64,000 nt of DNA from Callorhinchus milii (lineage: Eukaryota): positions 60,266,001-60,330,000 of the forward strand of contig NW_024704742.1 in the NCBI RefSeq assembly GCF_018977255.1. The letters are read 5' to 3'. Positions 63,465 to 64,000 of this stretch are shown piece by piece. The position numbers were made by a program, and so were the translations under genes. The notes under the pieces were generated by a model. It saw only the letters and a program-made list of their open reading frames with translations, made no database searches and was not told where the DNA came from. The first letter of the stretch is position 1, and every line of letters begins with the position of its first letter.

Positions 63465-64000
63465 TTGTGGACATTGAAATTCATTGTAGAGAAATGCAAA
63501 GTGCTTTGCATGGGGACAAAAAATCCAGGAAAGGCTCATTATTTAAATGAAAAGAAAATAATATGTACAGAAAATAAAAAGGACTTGGGAATCCTGATTG
63601 ACAATAAATTGAAGCTCTTGCAATAGTGCTCGGTAGCAATGACTAAAGCAAACCAGATGCTGGGCTGTATTAAAAGGGCTTTATTAAGCCGATATATCCT
63701 GCCACTTTATAAATCATTGGTGCGAGTAAACTGGGAACACTGTGTGCAGTTCTGGTCATAGCAATACAAAAACAAAATTGCAGCAATTGAGAAGATACAG
63801 AGCAGGGCAATCAAAGTGAATGAGAGGATGGAGGGTCGGGACTATGAGGAAGAATTAGCTAAACTGGGCACATTCACCCTGGGGAAGAGAAGGTTGAGGG
63901 GCGATATGATTAACGTCTTTAAGATTCTAAAGGGAGTAGATAATGTAGACCATGATAAGCTGTTTTAGCTTGTACTGAACAGTGGAACCAGAGGACATGG
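63465..64000 (+). mobile_element. CR1 ORF2 fragment running off the window end
   Basis: EKCKVL, KDLGILIDNKL, HCVQFWS, IEKIQSRAIK, RLRGDMINVFKIL; same family as 20190-20756. Confidence 0.9.

Noticed and set aside
1..64000. CRISPR array or prokaryote-type defence/operon system
   Set aside because: No regularly spaced repeat-spacer units or dense intact ORFs; recurring motifs are dispersed SINE/LINE tails of a vertebrate genome

Overview
Vertebrate non-coding DNA (intron or intergenic), very probably from a cartilaginous fish. The mix of L2, CR1, Tx1, Deu-domain SINE and CORE-like SINE repeats is typical of chimaeras/sharks; the taxon call is inference. I recognise no host protein-coding gene, tRNA/rRNA gene or CRISPR array. 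Every ORF with recognisable protein similarity is a decayed retrotransposon piece (L2 ORF2, CR1 ORF1 esterase and ORF2, Tx1 ORF2). Roughly half the window is interspersed repeats, often nested. Two tRNA-derived SINE families share one L2-type 3' tail: family A has a CORE-like centre and family B has a Deu-domain centre. An unassigned retroposon-like family (family C) occurs as 8 pieces. Two TA-flanked Tc1/mariner-type MITEs and one probable non-autonomous Helitron each sit inside a family B SINE. Repeat-free AT-rich blocks carry clustered transcription-factor-like motifs and may be conserved non-coding elements. I found no convincing novel biological system. The best leads are family C, the Helitron, tail-outward back-to-back retroposon ends (including a perfect 26-bp hairpin) and base-pair covariation in the L2/SINE 3' stem-loop. 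Repeat boundaries were read by eye and are approximate unless termini are quoted.
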